The notes beneath the pieces are model-generated. The model did not search any database. It had not been told where the DNA came from and worked only from the letters and a program-made list of their open reading frames with translations. 64,000 nucleotides of DNA from an uncultured delta proteobacterium. GTDB lineage: Bacteria; Myxococcota_A; Polyangia; Haliangiales; Haliangiaceae. The stretch covers positions 1 through 64,000 of the forward strand of contig CAWKDB010000011.1 of NCBI GenBank assembly GCA_963848295.1. The letters run 5' to 3'. This document shows positions 29,421 through 41,677 of this stretch, in pieces; the stretch's first letter is position 1; each line of letters starts with the position of its first letter. Made by a program: the position numbers and the translations under genes.

Positions 29421-31514
29421 GCGGGCTCCTGGACGCGCGGAAAGCGAATCGTGAACGTCGCGCCCTCGCCGACCGTCGACTCGACCTCGACCGCGCCGCC
29501 GAGCGCCTCGACGTGGCGCTTGACGAGCGCGAGCCCGAGCCCCGTGCCCTCGACGCCGGAGCGATACGCTTCGGGCGCGCGATAGAACTCGCGGAAGATC
29601 CGAGCGTGCTCGTGCGCCGGGATCCCAGGGCCGTGGTCGCGCACGGCGATCCACGCCGCGTTGGGATCAGCGCCGACCTCGACCTCGATCGGCCGCTCCG
29701 CCCCGCCGTACTTCACCGCGTTGTTCATGAGGTTGAGCACGGCCTGGACGACGACATCGCGATCGACCTCGACCTCCGCGGTCTTCGCGGCAGAGGACAC
29801 CACGAGCGCGATGGGATTGCGCGGGGTCGCCGCCGGTTCTCCCTCACTCCGCGTCGCCTCGGGCTCGCGCAGGGTCTCGAACGTCGCGACCGCGAGGTCG
29901 GCAATAGGGCCCACGAGCTGGCGGTTCGGTGCGTAGCGGCGCGTGCCGCGCTCGATCTGGGCGTAGTCCAATAGATTTGCGATCAGCAGGCCGAGCCGCT
30001 GGCTCTCCTGGACGATCACGCTGTGGTAGCGCGCGGCCTTTTCGCGGGTCGCCGCGCGCCACGCCTTGCTCGAGCATCTCGGCGAACATCCGGATCGAGG
30101 TCAACGGCGTCTTGAGCTCGTGCGACACGGTCGACACGAACTCGCTCTTCAGCTGCGCGAGCTCGCGCGCGCGCGCCGCGCCGCGGATCGTGGCGAGTAG
30201 GCCCAACCCGAGCGCGAGCGCGAGCACCGAGGTCAGCTCGACGTGACGACGCGCGCGCGTGCGAATCACTTCGTCGAGTGGATCCGGATCGGCGATCGGG
30301 TTGACGAGCGCGATCGCGAGGTGCGCCCCGAATGGAATCTGCTGGATCGTGCGCAGGTCCTTGGGCGGCGCGGCGTCGGCCGGTAGCACGAGCGCGCGAA
30401 CATGGGGCGCGACATCATCGCTCGGCTCGTGCCCCGCGGCTGATTCGAGCATCGGCGCGTCGACCGCGATCCCGACGATGCCGTTCGCGGTGCGGCGATA
30501 GATCAACGTGCGCCCCGGCTCGCGCGACGCGGGCCGGCCGTGCCATTCGGTGCCGGCGTCGCGGATGATCTCTTCCTTGTCCGCAGCGAGCCCGGCGGCT
30601 GCTCGCGCTTCCGTGCGCAGTCCCGCGATCCGCTCGTCGATCGCGGACCGCCGCGCCGCGAGCTCGGGTGGGAGGTGGTCGGCGAGGTGCGCGCGCACGC
30701 TCGCGACGATGCCGAACGCGGTGACCGCATCGATCGTGTACCGTCCAGCCACGATCGCTTCGGCGAGCTCGAGCTTAGCCGCGGGCGCGCCTCGCTCGGC
30801 GCGCACTTCTTCGACGACAAGCGCGATCGGCAAGCCATCGACCACCGCGCCGTGCGCGAACCGGTGCGCATAGGCGGAGATCGCCTCGTCGGTCTCCATG
30901 GTCGGGTTCGCCGACTCGGCGGTCGCTTCGAGACGGGCGAGCCCGACGATCGCCGCGGGCCCGGTATCTTCGAAGCTGGCGAGGTGCGCGTAGCGGGTGC
31001 GCGCTGCATTCCAGGCGTCGGCGCAGGAAGCGCTCGCGGTCGCGACACAGCCCTCGTCGTGCCGAGCCGCGCGCAAGATCCCGACGCGCTCCGGCCGGGT
31101 CGAGAGCTCACGCAAGCAGTCCTCGAGCTGGCCACCGCACGACGCGCCGCGGTCGAGCCCCGAGGCCGCAGATCCCGGTAAGGTCACGCCGCGCGGCACG
31201 CGCATCCGGCCATCGCCGTCGATCCAGAACCAGTAGCGCGCGAGCCCGGGCAGCGCGCGCGCCTCGTTGCTATCGCCGCGCGCGATCGGAGCGGCAGCGC
31301 GCTCGACGTCGCCGATCGCCGCATCGATCGCGTGGTCGACGCGCCCCGCGATCGCGAGTGCTACCTGGCGCTGGCGATCGTCCTGCGCCGAGACCGCGCC
31401 CTTCTCGAAGCGATACGACACGGCGCCGAGGTACGCGATGCCGCCAGCGGGCACGAGCAGCGCCGCCACCGACAGCACGTAGATCCATGCGCGCACCGAG
31501 CGCAGAGGCCGCAT
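29417..31514 (-). CDS. membrane sensor histidine kinase, frameshift near 30043
   Basis: Two TM segments; [12 protein letters not shown], then NAVKY, DHGPGI and GTGLGL in a second frame. Confidence 0.85.
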
Positions 31515-31565
31515 CGCCCCAACTGTAGCGCGCGCGGCCTGGGGTTGCGCTATCGTCTGCGACCC

Positions 31566-32273
31566 GTGGCCAAGGCGCTGATCGTCGTCCCCACCTACAA
31601 CGAGCGCGAGAATGCGCCGGGCATCGCGGCTCGCCTGCTCGAGGCGCTGCCCGGTGTCGAGGTCCTGTTCGTCGACGATAACTCGCCCGACGGCACGGGG
31701 GAGCTACTCGACGAGCTCGCCGCCCGCGATCCGCGCGTCCACGTGATGCACCGGGCCGGCAAGCTCGGCTTGGGCACCGCATACGTCGAAGGCTTCACGT
31801 GGGGGCTCGCCCGCGCCTACGACTACCTGTTCGAGATGGACGCCGACGGTAGCCACGACCCGCGCTACCTGCGCGACATGCTCGCGCTCGCCGAGGACGG
31901 CGCCGACGTCGTGATCGGCTCGCGCTACGTGCCGGGCGGCGGCACGGAGAACTGGGGCCTCGGGCGCCAGATGATCTCGCGCGGCGCGGGGCTCTACGCC
32001 CGCACGATCCTGGGCTTCGACGTCCGCGACATGACCGCCGGCTTCATCTGCTGGCGACGCTCGGCGCTCGAGGTGATCGATCTGCCGACGATCAGCTCGA
32101 ACGGCTACAGCTTCCAGATCGAGATGAAGTACCGCGCTCACAACTGCGGCCTGCGGCTGGTCGAGACGCCGATCGTGTTCGTCGACCGCCGCGTGGGACA
32201 GTCGAAGATGTCGCGCGCGATCTTTGCCGAGGCGTTATTGAAGGTGTGGGCGTTGCGCTTCGGCCGCCGTTGA
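31566..32273 (+). CDS. polyprenol monophosphomannose synthase (GT2, DPM1-like)
   Basis: [42 protein letters not shown]. Confidence 0.9.
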   Translation: MAKALIVVPTYNERENAPGIAARLLEALPGVEVLFVDDNSPDGTGELLDELAARDPRVHVMHRAGKLGLGTAYVEGFTWGLARAYDYLFEMDADGSHDPRYLRDMLALAEDGADVVIGSRYVPGGGTENWGLGRQMISRGAGLYARTILGFDVRDMTAGFICWRRSALEVIDLPTISSNGYSFQIEMKYRAHNCGLRLVETPIVFVDRRVGQSKMSRAIFAEALLKVWALRFGRR

Positions 32274-32319
32274 ACACGGTCCGAGGTGGCGCCGAGCCCA
32301 AAGGTCTTGCTACGGTGGC

Positions 32320-32946
32320 GTGCGGATGGTGATCCTGAAGCTACGGCTCAAGACGGCGGACGAGTGGCGCGAGCTAGCTCCGAGCGAAACCGTCATGGAG
32401 CCGCTGTTCGTGCCGACCACCGACGCTCTCGAAGCGGGCCAGGCCGTGATCGTCGAGGTCGCCTCGAACCTGCTCCCCAACAAGGTGCTGATCCGCGGAG
32501 TGGTCCAGAGCTGGCGGCCGGCCCTGCCTCGGATGCGCGTGCGCGCGGGCGCGACGATCCAGCTCGACAGCGAAGAGCAGACCAAGCTGACGTTCCTGCA
32601 CGAGGTCCTGTCCGGCAAGCGGACCGATGTCGCGCGCCGTCGCCATCACCGGCTGCCGGTCTCGGTGCCGTGTCGCTACCGGCTCACGAACAGCTCTGCG
32701 TTCGTCGACTCGGCGATCTCGGAGATCGGCGTCGGCGGTGCGTTGCTCACGACGACCACGCCGATTCCGATCGAGACCGAGCTGACCCTCGAGGTCACGC
32801 CGCCGGGTGGCGCGGCGCCGATCGCGATCGCGGGTCGCGTCTCGTATCACGTGCCGTCGGGTGGATCCGGGTTGCGGTTCGTCAGTCGCGATGGCGATGG
32901 CGATCGCCGACTGCGCGAGCTCATTCGGCGGCTACGAGCGTCGTGA
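32320..32946 (+). CDS. PilZ-domain protein
   Basis: RRRHHRLPV (RxxxR) and EIGVGG (D/NxSxGG-like). Confidence 0.75.
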   Translation: MRMVILKLRLKTADEWRELAPSETVMEPLFVPTTDALEAGQAVIVEVASNLLPNKVLIRGVVQSWRPALPRMRVRAGATIQLDSEEQTKLTFLHEVLSGKRTDVARRRHHRLPVSVPCRYRLTNSSAFVDSAISEIGVGGALLTTTTPIPIETELTLEVTPPGGAAPIAIAGRVSYHVPSGGSGLRFVSRDGDGDRRLRELIRRLRAS

Positions 32947-33449
32947 AGCGCACAGGCCGGCGGGGCCCTCCGCGCGCGCTCGAGACCCGTAGCGCCGGCG
33001 CGGCGCTCGCAGACGTGCTCCAGTTGCGCGGGATCTCCGACGATATCCGCGCGCGCCGAGTGATCGTCGAGTGGAGCGAGCTCGTCGGTCCGCGCATCGC
33101 GCAACGCACGCGTCCCGATCGGATCGACGACCGCGTGCTGATCATCGAGGTCGCGAGCTCGGCGTGGCTCCACGAGCTGAACCTGCTGCGCGCGCAGATC
33201 CTCGAGGGCCTGCTCGGACGCATCGGCGAGCCGCGGTTGTTCGACGACCTCAAGCTCCGGCTCGCCGGGCGGTCGCGGCGAGAGCCGATCGTCGCCCCGA
33301 GACCGCGCCCGCGTGGCCCGGCGAAGCGCGCGGCGAGCACGCCGGCGACCGGCGCTGCCAGAGAGGCGATCGTGCGCGAGACCTCGCAGATCGACGACGA
33401 CGAGCTGCGCGAGCTGATCGCGCGCGTGCGGATCGCGCACGGCCGCTAG
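32943..33449 (+). CDS. dciA: DUF721 / DciA family protein
   Basis: WSELVGPRIAQRTRP...LIIEVASSAWLHELNL. Confidence 0.75.
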   Translation: MKRTGRRGPPRALETRSAGAALADVLQLRGISDDIRARRVIVEWSELVGPRIAQRTRPDRIDDRVLIIEVASSAWLHELNLLRAQILEGLLGRIGEPRLFDDLKLRLAGRSRREPIVAPRPRPRGPAKRAASTPATGAAREAIVRETSQIDDDELRELIARVRIAHGR

Positions 33450-33482
33450 GACGGCGTCGCGCGGCGCCCGTACTATCGCGCC

Positions 33483-34505
33483 ATGCACGCGTGCATTCTC
33501 GACGGCGACAAGATCCGCACCTCGACCGACCCGCTAGCGATTCGCGCCGCGATCGACGCCGGAACGCCGATCTGGGTCGAGCTCGAGCGGCACGATCACG
33601 AGTGCGACAAGCTGCTCGCCGATACGCTGCACCTCCACCCGCTGACGATCGAGGACATCTGGTCCGAGCGCTCGGCCCCTAAGCTCGAGGACTACGGCAG
33701 CTACCTCTACATCATCATCCACGGGATCCGCACCGCGCAGCGCGACGCGTTCGACCTCGTCGAGCTCGACATCGTGCTCGGCAAGACGTTCGTCATCACT
33801 CACGATCCGAATCGGCTGGTCGAAGATGTTCGCGCCGACCTCGAGCGTACGCCGCGGTTGCTCGCGAAGGGTCCGGCGTGGCTCGCGCACGCGCTCCTCG
33901 ATCACGCGGTCGACAAGTACCTGCCGGTGATCGACGACCTCGACCGCGAGATCGAGGAGCTCGAGAACCAGGTGCTGCGCTACGCCGGCACGAAGCAAGG
34001 GCCGCCGATCCTGCGCCGGATCTTGAAGTTCAAGCGCATGCTGCTCGAGCTGCGTCGGATGAGCATCCACCAGCGCGAGATCCTGCTGCGGCTCGCGCGC
34101 GGCGAGCTGCCGGAGATTCCGCCCGACGCGACGCCGTTCTTCCGCGATGTCTACGATCACTTCCTGCGGGTCAACGATCTGGTCGAGAGCTACCGCGACC
34201 TCGTGACCAGCGCGCTCGAGGCGTACCTCAGCGTGCAGAGCAATCGCATGAACGACATCATGAAGACGCTGACGCTGATCGCGACCGTGATGTTGCCGAT
34301 CACCTTCATCGCGGGCGTGTACGGCATGAACTTCGACCACATGCCGGAGCTCCACACGACCTGGGGCTATCCCGCCGCGCTCGGGCTCATGCTGGTCGTC
34401 GCCGCCGGCTGCCTGTGGTGGTTCCGCCGCAAAGGCTGGATCGGCTCGCGCGAGCTCGACGTGCCGGAGGATCTCGACGCCCGCGACCCCGCTCCAAAAG
34501 CGTGA
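33483..34505 (+). CDS. corA: Mg/Co transporter CorA
   Basis: HPLTIED, PITFIAGVYGMNF, MPEL, WGYP. Confidence 0.93.
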   Translation: MHACILDGDKIRTSTDPLAIRAAIDAGTPIWVELERHDHECDKLLADTLHLHPLTIEDIWSERSAPKLEDYGSYLYIIIHGIRTAQRDAFDLVELDIVLGKTFVITHDPNRLVEDVRADLERTPRLLAKGPAWLAHALLDHAVDKYLPVIDDLDREIEELENQVLRYAGTKQGPPILRRILKFKRMLLELRRMSIHQREILLRLARGELPEIPPDATPFFRDVYDHFLRVNDLVESYRDLVTSALEAYLSVQSNRMNDIMKTLTLIATVMLPITFIAGVYGMNFDHMPELHTTWGYPAALGLMLVVAAGCLWWFRRKGWIGSRELDVPEDLDARDPAPKA

Positions 34506-34550
34506 TCGGTTCTTGCCCGCACCGGTGCTTTCGTTGCAGAGTCGGGTTCG

Positions 34551-35030
34551 ATGCGTCGGTTCGCGGTGATCGTCCTTGTCGTCTGCGCCAGCGGCGTGGC
34601 GACCGCACGGACCGGAGCCGGCTACGTCGATGGCGAGAAGATGACGGTCAAGCTCACCGACGTCAACGGCAAGGACGTCGAGGTCCGCACCGCGAAGGCC
34701 TTCCGCGCGATGCAACGCGCCGCGCGCAAGGCCGGGGTCCATCTCGCGATCGGCAGTGGGTTTCGCAGCTACGCGAAGCAAGCGAAGCTCTACAAGGACT
34801 ATTGCCGCGGCAAGGGCAACCTCGCCGCGCCGCCAGGCTACTCGAACCACGAGAGCGGGCGCGCGCTCGATCTCGTACTGACCGACCCCGACGCCTATAA
34901 GTGGCTACAGAAGCACGGCGCGAGCTACGGCTTTCACCGCACGGTTCCGGGTGAGGCGTGGCACTGGGAATACCTCGGGGATGAGGCGCGCCCGGTCTCC
35001 CATTCAAAGCACGACAAGCCTCAATCCTAA
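34551..35030 (+). CDS. M15 (VanY-like) D-Ala-D-Ala carboxypeptidase
   Basis: SGFRS, SNHESGRALD (SxHxxGxAxD), EAWH. Confidence 0.85.
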   Translation: MRRFAVIVLVVCASGVATARTGAGYVDGEKMTVKLTDVNGKDVEVRTAKAFRAMQRAARKAGVHLAIGSGFRSYAKQAKLYKDYCRGKGNLAAPPGYSNHESGRALDLVLTDPDAYKWLQKHGASYGFHRTVPGEAWHWEYLGDEARPVSHSKHDKPQS

Positions 35031-35062
35031 GAGGTGGTGCGCCGCTGCGCGGCGCTCCTTGT

Positions 35063-36688
35063 CTACTTCGCAGCACCCGCCAGAGCTGATCCTCCGACCG
35101 CCAGCAGCGCGGCCAGATCCTCGTCGTTGAACTTCAGCATCGCGCCGAAGAAGTAGTCCCGCCCGTAGTGGAACGTGCCGAAGTCGACCGGCACGCCCGA
35201 GTCGCCGCTCGCGATCGGCAGGGTCTCGGGCTTGTTCAACAGCTCGTCGACACCACCGAGCACGTAGATGTGACGGAACAGCTCGTAGGCGGCCGCGAGC
35301 TTCACCCGCGGATACGTGTCCCAGCTCGCGTCGAACACGTCGGCGCTGAACTTGAGGTCGTGATCCCACCAGTTGAAATCGGCATCGGCGCCGACGCCGC
35401 CAGTCGACTCTTTGACGCCGTAGCGCAAGGTCAGCCAGCGGAACCGCTTCGCGAATTGGAACGTGAACCGCACGGTGTCCGAGATGACGGCTTTACGGAT
35501 CCAGTGATTCGGATCGACGGTCGGGTCGTAGGTCAGCGTGATATCGGGGTAGTTACCGCGCGGGCCCTTCTCGACCTCGATCAGGTAGAACTTGTCGGGT
35601 CGGGTGTGGAGCTCGACCGTGACGTAGTTGTTCAGGCCCTGGGCCTTGATGTCGTACTCGCTGCGCAGCCCGACGTAGGCCTTCATCGTGAATAGCGTGC
35701 CGAGGAAGCCCTTCGCGTCGTCGGTGATCTGCTCGACGTTGTCGGCGATCGTCGGATCGTTGACGAGCCGACCGAGCGTGCCTTTGTCGTCGTCGATCTT
35801 CTCGGTGATCGACCGGGTGTTGTCGAGCACGCCGTCGAGCTTGTCGAGCTTGCTGCGCAGCGCCGTCCCGGTCTGCTGCAGCTCGGACTTCGCGGTCGCG
35901 ACGAGATCCTTCGCGTCGGCCGAGGCCGCGTCGAGGTTGTCGAGCATGGTCTTGATTCGGGGATCGGAGGACTTCGAGATCTCGCGCAAGTCGTTCGTGA
36001 TCTGCTCGATCCGCGCCATAGACCGATCGGCGCGCTCGATGATGTCTTGCACGTTGCCGGCTTCGCGCTGGACCAAGCCATCGACGCGTTGCGCGACCGA
36101 GTTCAGCGGTCCATTGACCACGCGCCGCATGTCCTCGGACAGATCGCGCACGCTCTCGAGCACGCGATCGACGTTCGGCAGCGTCTGCTCGATCCGGTGC
36201 AACAGCTGATCGGTCGTCGTTGCTTCGACGACGTTCTGGACCTGCCGGCACGCATCGCGCTTGGCGGTGTCCTCGGATTCGTAATCCGCGCAGGCCTTGC
36301 CGAGCCGGGTGAACGTGCGCGCGGTGCCGTCCGGCGCCTGCCGGGTTTGCTCGCCCGGATCGATCTCGAGATAGTTCTCGCCGAGCAGCGACGTGGCCTT
36401 CTTGATCACGACCGCGCTCGTCCACACGGGAATGTCGTCGCTGAGCTTGAACGTGACCTTCGCGTAGCGACCTACGACCTGGAGCTCGGTGACCTCGCCT
36501 TTACCGAGACCAGCGACGACGACCTTGCTGCCCTTCGGCAAGCCCGACGCGTCGCGGAACATCGCGAACAGCATCTGCACGTTCTTGCCCGCGGGGTTCT
36601 GGCCGAGGCTCTTCCACACGACGTAGCCGCCGACGGTGAGCAGGATGAACAGCACGGCGACGCGGACGCCGGCCGATAACCGCTTCAC
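35063..36688 (-). CDS. mlaD: MCE/MlaD family protein
   Basis: N-terminal TM, FRDASGL...G.V, LLGENYLEI, long helical region, GTLGRLVND. Confidence 0.85.
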   Translation of the reverse strand: MKRLSAGVRVAVLFILLTVGGYVVWKSLGQNPAGKNVQMLFAMFRDASGLPKGSKVVVAGLGKGEVTELQVVGRYAKVTFKLSDDIPVWTSAVVIKKATSLLGENYLEIDPGEQTRQAPDGTARTFTRLGKACADYESEDTAKRDACRQVQNVVEATTTDQLLHRIEQTLPNVDRVLESVRDLSEDMRRVVNGPLNSVAQRVDGLVQREAGNVQDIIERADRSMARIEQITNDLREISKSSDPRIKTMLDNLDAASADAKDLVATAKSELQQTGTALRSKLDKLDGVLDNTRSITEKIDDDKGTLGRLVNDPTIADNVEQITDDAKGFLGTLFTMKAYVGLRSEYDIKAQGLNNYVTVELHTRPDKFYLIEVEKGPRGNYPDITLTYDPTVDPNHWIRKAVISDTVRFTFQFAKRFRWLTLRYGVKESTGGVGADADFNWWDHDLKFSADVFDASWDTYPRVKLAAAYELFRHIYVLGGVDELLNKPETLPIASGDSGVPVDFGTFHYGRDYFFGAMLKFNDEDLAALLAVGGSALAGAAK

Positions 36689-37515
36689 GCGCGGCCTCCG
36701 GCTTCTTCGCTCGCCTTTTGCACCGCGCCGACGCCCGACGCGCGCAAGAACTCGTAGACGTACGGATCGGTGCTCGCCGCGATCGTATCCGTCGGCCCGG
36801 CGACGAGGATCCGCTTGTTGTGCAACATCGCGATCCGATCCGCGACGCGGAACACGGATGCCATGTCATGCGAGATCACCACCGAGGTCACCTTATAACG
36901 CTCGCAGGTCGACAGGATCATCTCGTCGACGTTCCGGGTCGCCAGGGGATCGAGCCCGGTCGTCGGCTCGTCGTACATCAAGATCTCGGGCTCGAGGACG
37001 AGGGCGCGCGCGAGGCCGACGCGCTTGCGCATACCACCGGACAGCTCGCCCGGAAACTTCCGCTGGGTCCCGGCGAGCCCGAGCGCCCCGAGCCGGTCCG
37101 CGACGATCGCGCGAATCTCGGAGCTCGACTTGTTGGTGTGCTCGCGCAACGGAAACGCGCAGTTCTCCTCGACGTTGAGCGAATCGAATAGCGCCGCGAA
37201 CTGGAACACCAAGCCGAACTTGCGGCGGAACGTCGCGAGGTCCTTGGGCGACAGCGCCATCACATCCGTGCCATCGACCCAGATGTGGCCAGAGTCCGGC
37301 CGGAGCAGGCACATGAAGTGCTTGATCAAGACGCTCTTGCCGGCACCCGACGCGCCCAGGATGACGTTGACCTTGTAGCGCTCGATGTCGAGGTCGAGCT
37401 TGTCGAGGACGAGGTTCGTACCGAATGACTTCGTGAGCTGGCGGACCCGAATGTGCCACCGCGGATCGACCTGATCGGCCGGCGACTCGCCGATGATCTC
37501 GTTGAGCACGCTCAT
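36685..37515 (-). CDS. mlaF: MlaF/Mkl ABC ATPase
   Basis: GASGAGKS, FQFAALFDS, LSGGMRKRVGLARAL, DEPTTGLDP, SHD. Confidence 0.9.
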   Translation of the reverse strand: MSVLNEIIGESPADQVDPRWHIRVRQLTKSFGTNLVLDKLDLDIERYKVNVILGASGAGKSVLIKHFMCLLRPDSGHIWVDGTDVMALSPKDLATFRRKFGLVFQFAALFDSLNVEENCAFPLREHTNKSSSEIRAIVADRLGALGLAGTQRKFPGELSGGMRKRVGLARALVLEPEILMYDEPTTGLDPLATRNVDEMILSTCERYKVTSVVISHDMASVFRVADRIAMLHNKRILVAGPTDTIAASTDPYVYEFLRASGVGAVQKASEEAGGRA

Positions 37516-38445
37516 CCGCCTCGCACGTTCGGCATGAGGGTGAGCAGGATGTCCGACAGGAAGTAGTCCATGACCAGCGTCGACACCGATGCGATCACGA
37601 CGGCGCGCGTCGTGCCGATGCCAACGCCGCGCCCACCGCCGGTCGCGTGGAAGCCCTGATAGCAACCGACGAGCGCGACCATGAAGCCGAAGAACACGGC
37701 CTTGATCAGCCCCTGCACGACGTCCTGGGTGTGGACGATGTTCTGGAAGTTCGCATACCACTGCCCCTGATCGACGTGGAGCAGCACGACCGCGACGAGG
37801 TACGCCCCGCCCATCCCGACGACGAAGAACAGCAGCGCGAGGATCGGAGCGACGACCATCGCGGAGATCAACCGCGGCAACACGAGGTACTGGACGGGAT
37901 TGACCGCCATCGATTCGAGCGCATCGATCTGCTCGGTGATCCGCATCGTGCCTAGCTCGGTCGCGATGCCGGCGCCGGCTCGGCCCGCGAGCATCAGCGA
38001 CGTCATCACCGGCCCGAGCTCGACCGCGAGCGCCTTGCCGGTCGTGCCGCCGGCGAACGACTCGAGGCCGAACTGGCGGAACGCGTTGACCGATTGCAGC
38101 GATAACACCATGCCGGTGAACGCCCCGACGAGCAGCACGATCGGCAAGCTGCCGAACCCGATGTACTCGGCGCCGTCGAGGTAGTTGCCCATCCGAAACG
38201 GCCGGCGCGGCAGCCACGACAGCGCGCGTCCGACGAGGATCAGGTGCCCGCCCACCATGTCGAGAAACCGGCCGACCGGAGCGCCCGCGTCCTTGACCCC
38301 GACCCAGATCGCGCCGCGCACGCCGAGCTTCGGCCCGCCGTCGTCGTCGCTCGGGCGGCGGTGGTGGCGGCGGCGGTCCGCCGGGCTTGACCTGGGTCGG
38401 CTCCTCATCGGGTCCCGGGGCGACCGGCGGAATCGTCGGATTCAC
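37512..38445 (-). CDS. mlaE: MlaE ABC permease (probable frameshift near 38355 in the Pro-rich N-terminus)
   Basis: ELGPVM, GRAGAGIATELGTMRITEQIDAL, GGGRGVG; the GTG at 38445 overlaps the alr stop. Confidence 0.88.
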
Positions 38446-39582
38446 GCGGCGTCTCCGACGTAGGTGCGCGGCACGCGCTTGCTCATGCCGCACGTGACCT
38501 CGTATTCGGACAGGCCCGACCAACCGCCGTACTCGGCCGCGGTGATCGTCGCCCCGTCGCTCGCCCGCCCGAGCAACACCGCCGCATCACCGACCGCGAC
38601 TCCGTCGAGCCCGGTGACGTCGGCGAGCGCGATGTCCATGCTGACGAGCCCCACGAGCGGGCACGCGTCTGCCGCGAATCGCGACCTCCGCGTGGCCGCT
38701 CGCGCGCCGCGGCAAGCCATCGGCATAGCCCACCGGGAGGATCGCGATCCGGCTGTCGCGTTCAGCGCGCCAGGTCGCGCCGTAACCGACCGAGCTGCCC
38801 TTGCCGATCGAGCGGAGCTGCGCGATCGCGGTGACCAGCCGCATCGCCTGCTGGCGCGGCTTGGCGAGGCGAACGTCGCTTGCCCAGGTTGCGTTGCCGT
38901 AGATCGCGATGCCGCAGCGCACGAGATCGAAGCGCGCCTCGGGGAACAGCATCGCAGCCGAGCTGTTCGCGGCGTGGCGCACCCGTAGCGCGCGCTCCGG
39001 CCGCGGTGACTGCGCGATCGGCCTCGGCGAAGCGGCGCAGCTGGTCACGCGTCATCGACCGCGGATCGGCCGGGTCATCGGTGTCGGCGCACGCGAAGTG
39101 CGTCATCAGGCCGACGATCGCGATGCCGTTGTGGGCGGCGGCGGCGACGAGCTCGGGCGCGTCACCGACCGCGGACGCCGAGCCTGCCCATCCCGGTGTC
39201 GACCTTGAGGTGAGCCTCGATCGTCACGCCGCGGCGGCGCGGCGACCTGTGCGAGCTCGGCGACCTCGCCGCGAGATGACACGACAGGCGTCAGCCGGTT
39301 CGCGACGACCTCGTCCTCGCCGCCGAGCTGGCTCGGGCCCATGACGAGCACCGGGGCGGTGATCCCGGCTTCGCGCAGCGCGACGCCCTCCTCGACCAAG
39401 CTGACACAGAAACCATCGGCGGCGCGCGCCCGCTCGAGCGCGCGCGCGACCTCGATCGCGCCGTGGCCGTAGCCGTCGGCCTTGACCACCGCGTACAGCG
39501 CGGTCGCGGCAAGCTCTCGAACCGCGCGAGCGTTGCTGACGATCGCCGCGAGGTCGATTTCGACTCGCGTACGTCGGATCAT
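38442..39582 (-). CDS. alr: alanine racemase, multiple frameshifts
   Basis: AVVKADGYGHG, HLKVDTGMGRLG, MTHFA, HAANS, GYADG, VSMD, YEVTC spread over several frames. Confidence 0.88.
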
Positions 39583-39632
39583 CGCGCGATCGGCCACCGG
39601 GGCGAATTTACGCGATCCGCACCGGAAAACCG

Positions 39633-40409
39633 TTATGCGGCCTTCTTCTTTTCGGCGCGCTCGATCAGAGCCGGCGTCACGACCAGCGACCGGCCGCGCG
39701 GAATGATCAGGCCATCGCGCGCGAGCTGGTTGAACGCGCGCGAGATCGTCTCGCGGCAGCTGCCGATCATGTTCGCCAGCTCTTGCTGGGTCGGGCGGCG
39801 GCGAACGACGAGCCCATCGGGGCCCGACGCGCCCTCTTCGCGAGCGAGGCCGACCAGGCGATGGATCAGGCGCTCGTTGACGTCGCACAGCGCGAGCTGC
39901 GCGATCGTTTCATCGGCGCGGCGCAGCCGGCGAGCCATCTCGCCGAGCAAGTTCATCGCGGTACGCGGGTGCGCCTGCATGTGGCGCATCAGATCCTCGC
40001 GCGACAGCACGAGCAGCGTCGTGGGCTCGATCGCGAGACAGTGCGCCGAGCGCGGGCCCTGGTCGAACAGCGACATCTCGCCGAACGAATCGCCGGCGCG
40101 GAGCAGCGACAGCGTGACCTCACGGCCGCTCTCGCCGAACATCACGACCTTCACGCGGCCGGACATGATCACGAACATCGAGTCGCCGGGCTCGTCCTGC
40201 GTGACGACCGCGGCGCCGACCGCGACCTTGCGGATCGCGATCCGCGCGGTGAGGTCCTCGATCGCCGAGATCGGGAGCGCAGCAAACAGCGGCGCGCGCG
40301 CGATCGTGGCGCGGATCCGAGCGGGGTCTTCGCCTCCGCGCAGCTCCGCCATGGGGCGAACTGGGATCGCAGGCGAAACTGATGGGCGAGCGATTCCAAC
40401 GAGCGTCAT
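39633..40409 (-). CDS. Crp/Fnr family transcriptional regulator
   Basis: [14 protein letters not shown] (cNMP pocket) and [18 protein letters not shown] (HTH). Confidence 0.92.
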   Translation of the reverse strand: MTLVGIARPSVSPAIPVRPMAELRGGEDPARIRATIARAPLFAALPISAIEDLTARIAIRKVAVGAAVVTQDEPGDSMFVIMSGRVKVVMFGESGREVTLSLLRAGDSFGEMSLFDQGPRSAHCLAIEPTTLLVLSREDLMRHMQAHPRTAMNLLGEMARRLRRADETIAQLALCDVNERLIHRLVGLAREEGASGPDGLVVRRRPTQQELANMIGSCRETISRAFNQLARDGLIIPRGRSLVVTPALIERAEKKKAA

Positions 40410-40680
40410 AAGTAAGGCTCCTCGAGGTCGGGGATGGTCGACCTCGACTGCGTCGTATTGCGAGGGTCGTGCCCGTGACCGAGATCGCGTTCCCCGGGCA
40501 TGGTTCCGACCAGTTGCCGGTATGACCCCTCAGAGAACCGTGACGGTTGCTTCACATTTTCGAGGCTCACCGTGGCGCGGATGTCGCGGTCGTCACACGC
40601 GGCTTCACGCGTCATTGACAACGAACGGATCGTTCCCCCGGGGCGAGCCACCCCGGACCTGCGTGGTACGGTCCGCAGCG

Positions 40681-40895
40681 ATGTCCGCGAGCATCGACAT
40701 CGTCATCAACGGACAGACCCGCACCGTCGTACAAGGTACGACCGTTGCCATGCTGATCGCCGAGCTTGGCCTCGGCGACCGACGCGGTGGCGGTCGAGCG
40801 CAATCGCACGGTGGTGCCGCGCGCGGAACACGCGTCGACCCAGCTGACGCGCTGGCGATCGGGTCGAGCTCGTCACCTTCGTCGGCGGAGGATAG
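40681..40895 (+). CDS. thiS: sulfur carrier ThiS, frameshifted
   Basis: [24 protein letters not shown] across frames. Confidence 0.85.
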
Positions 40896-40897
40896 CC

Positions 40898-41677
<780 letters not shown>

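Noticed and set aside
39633..40409. Assignment as mrpC
   Set aside because: It retains a canonical cNMP-binding motif and lacks mrpAB context; left as a generic Crp/Fnr regulator.
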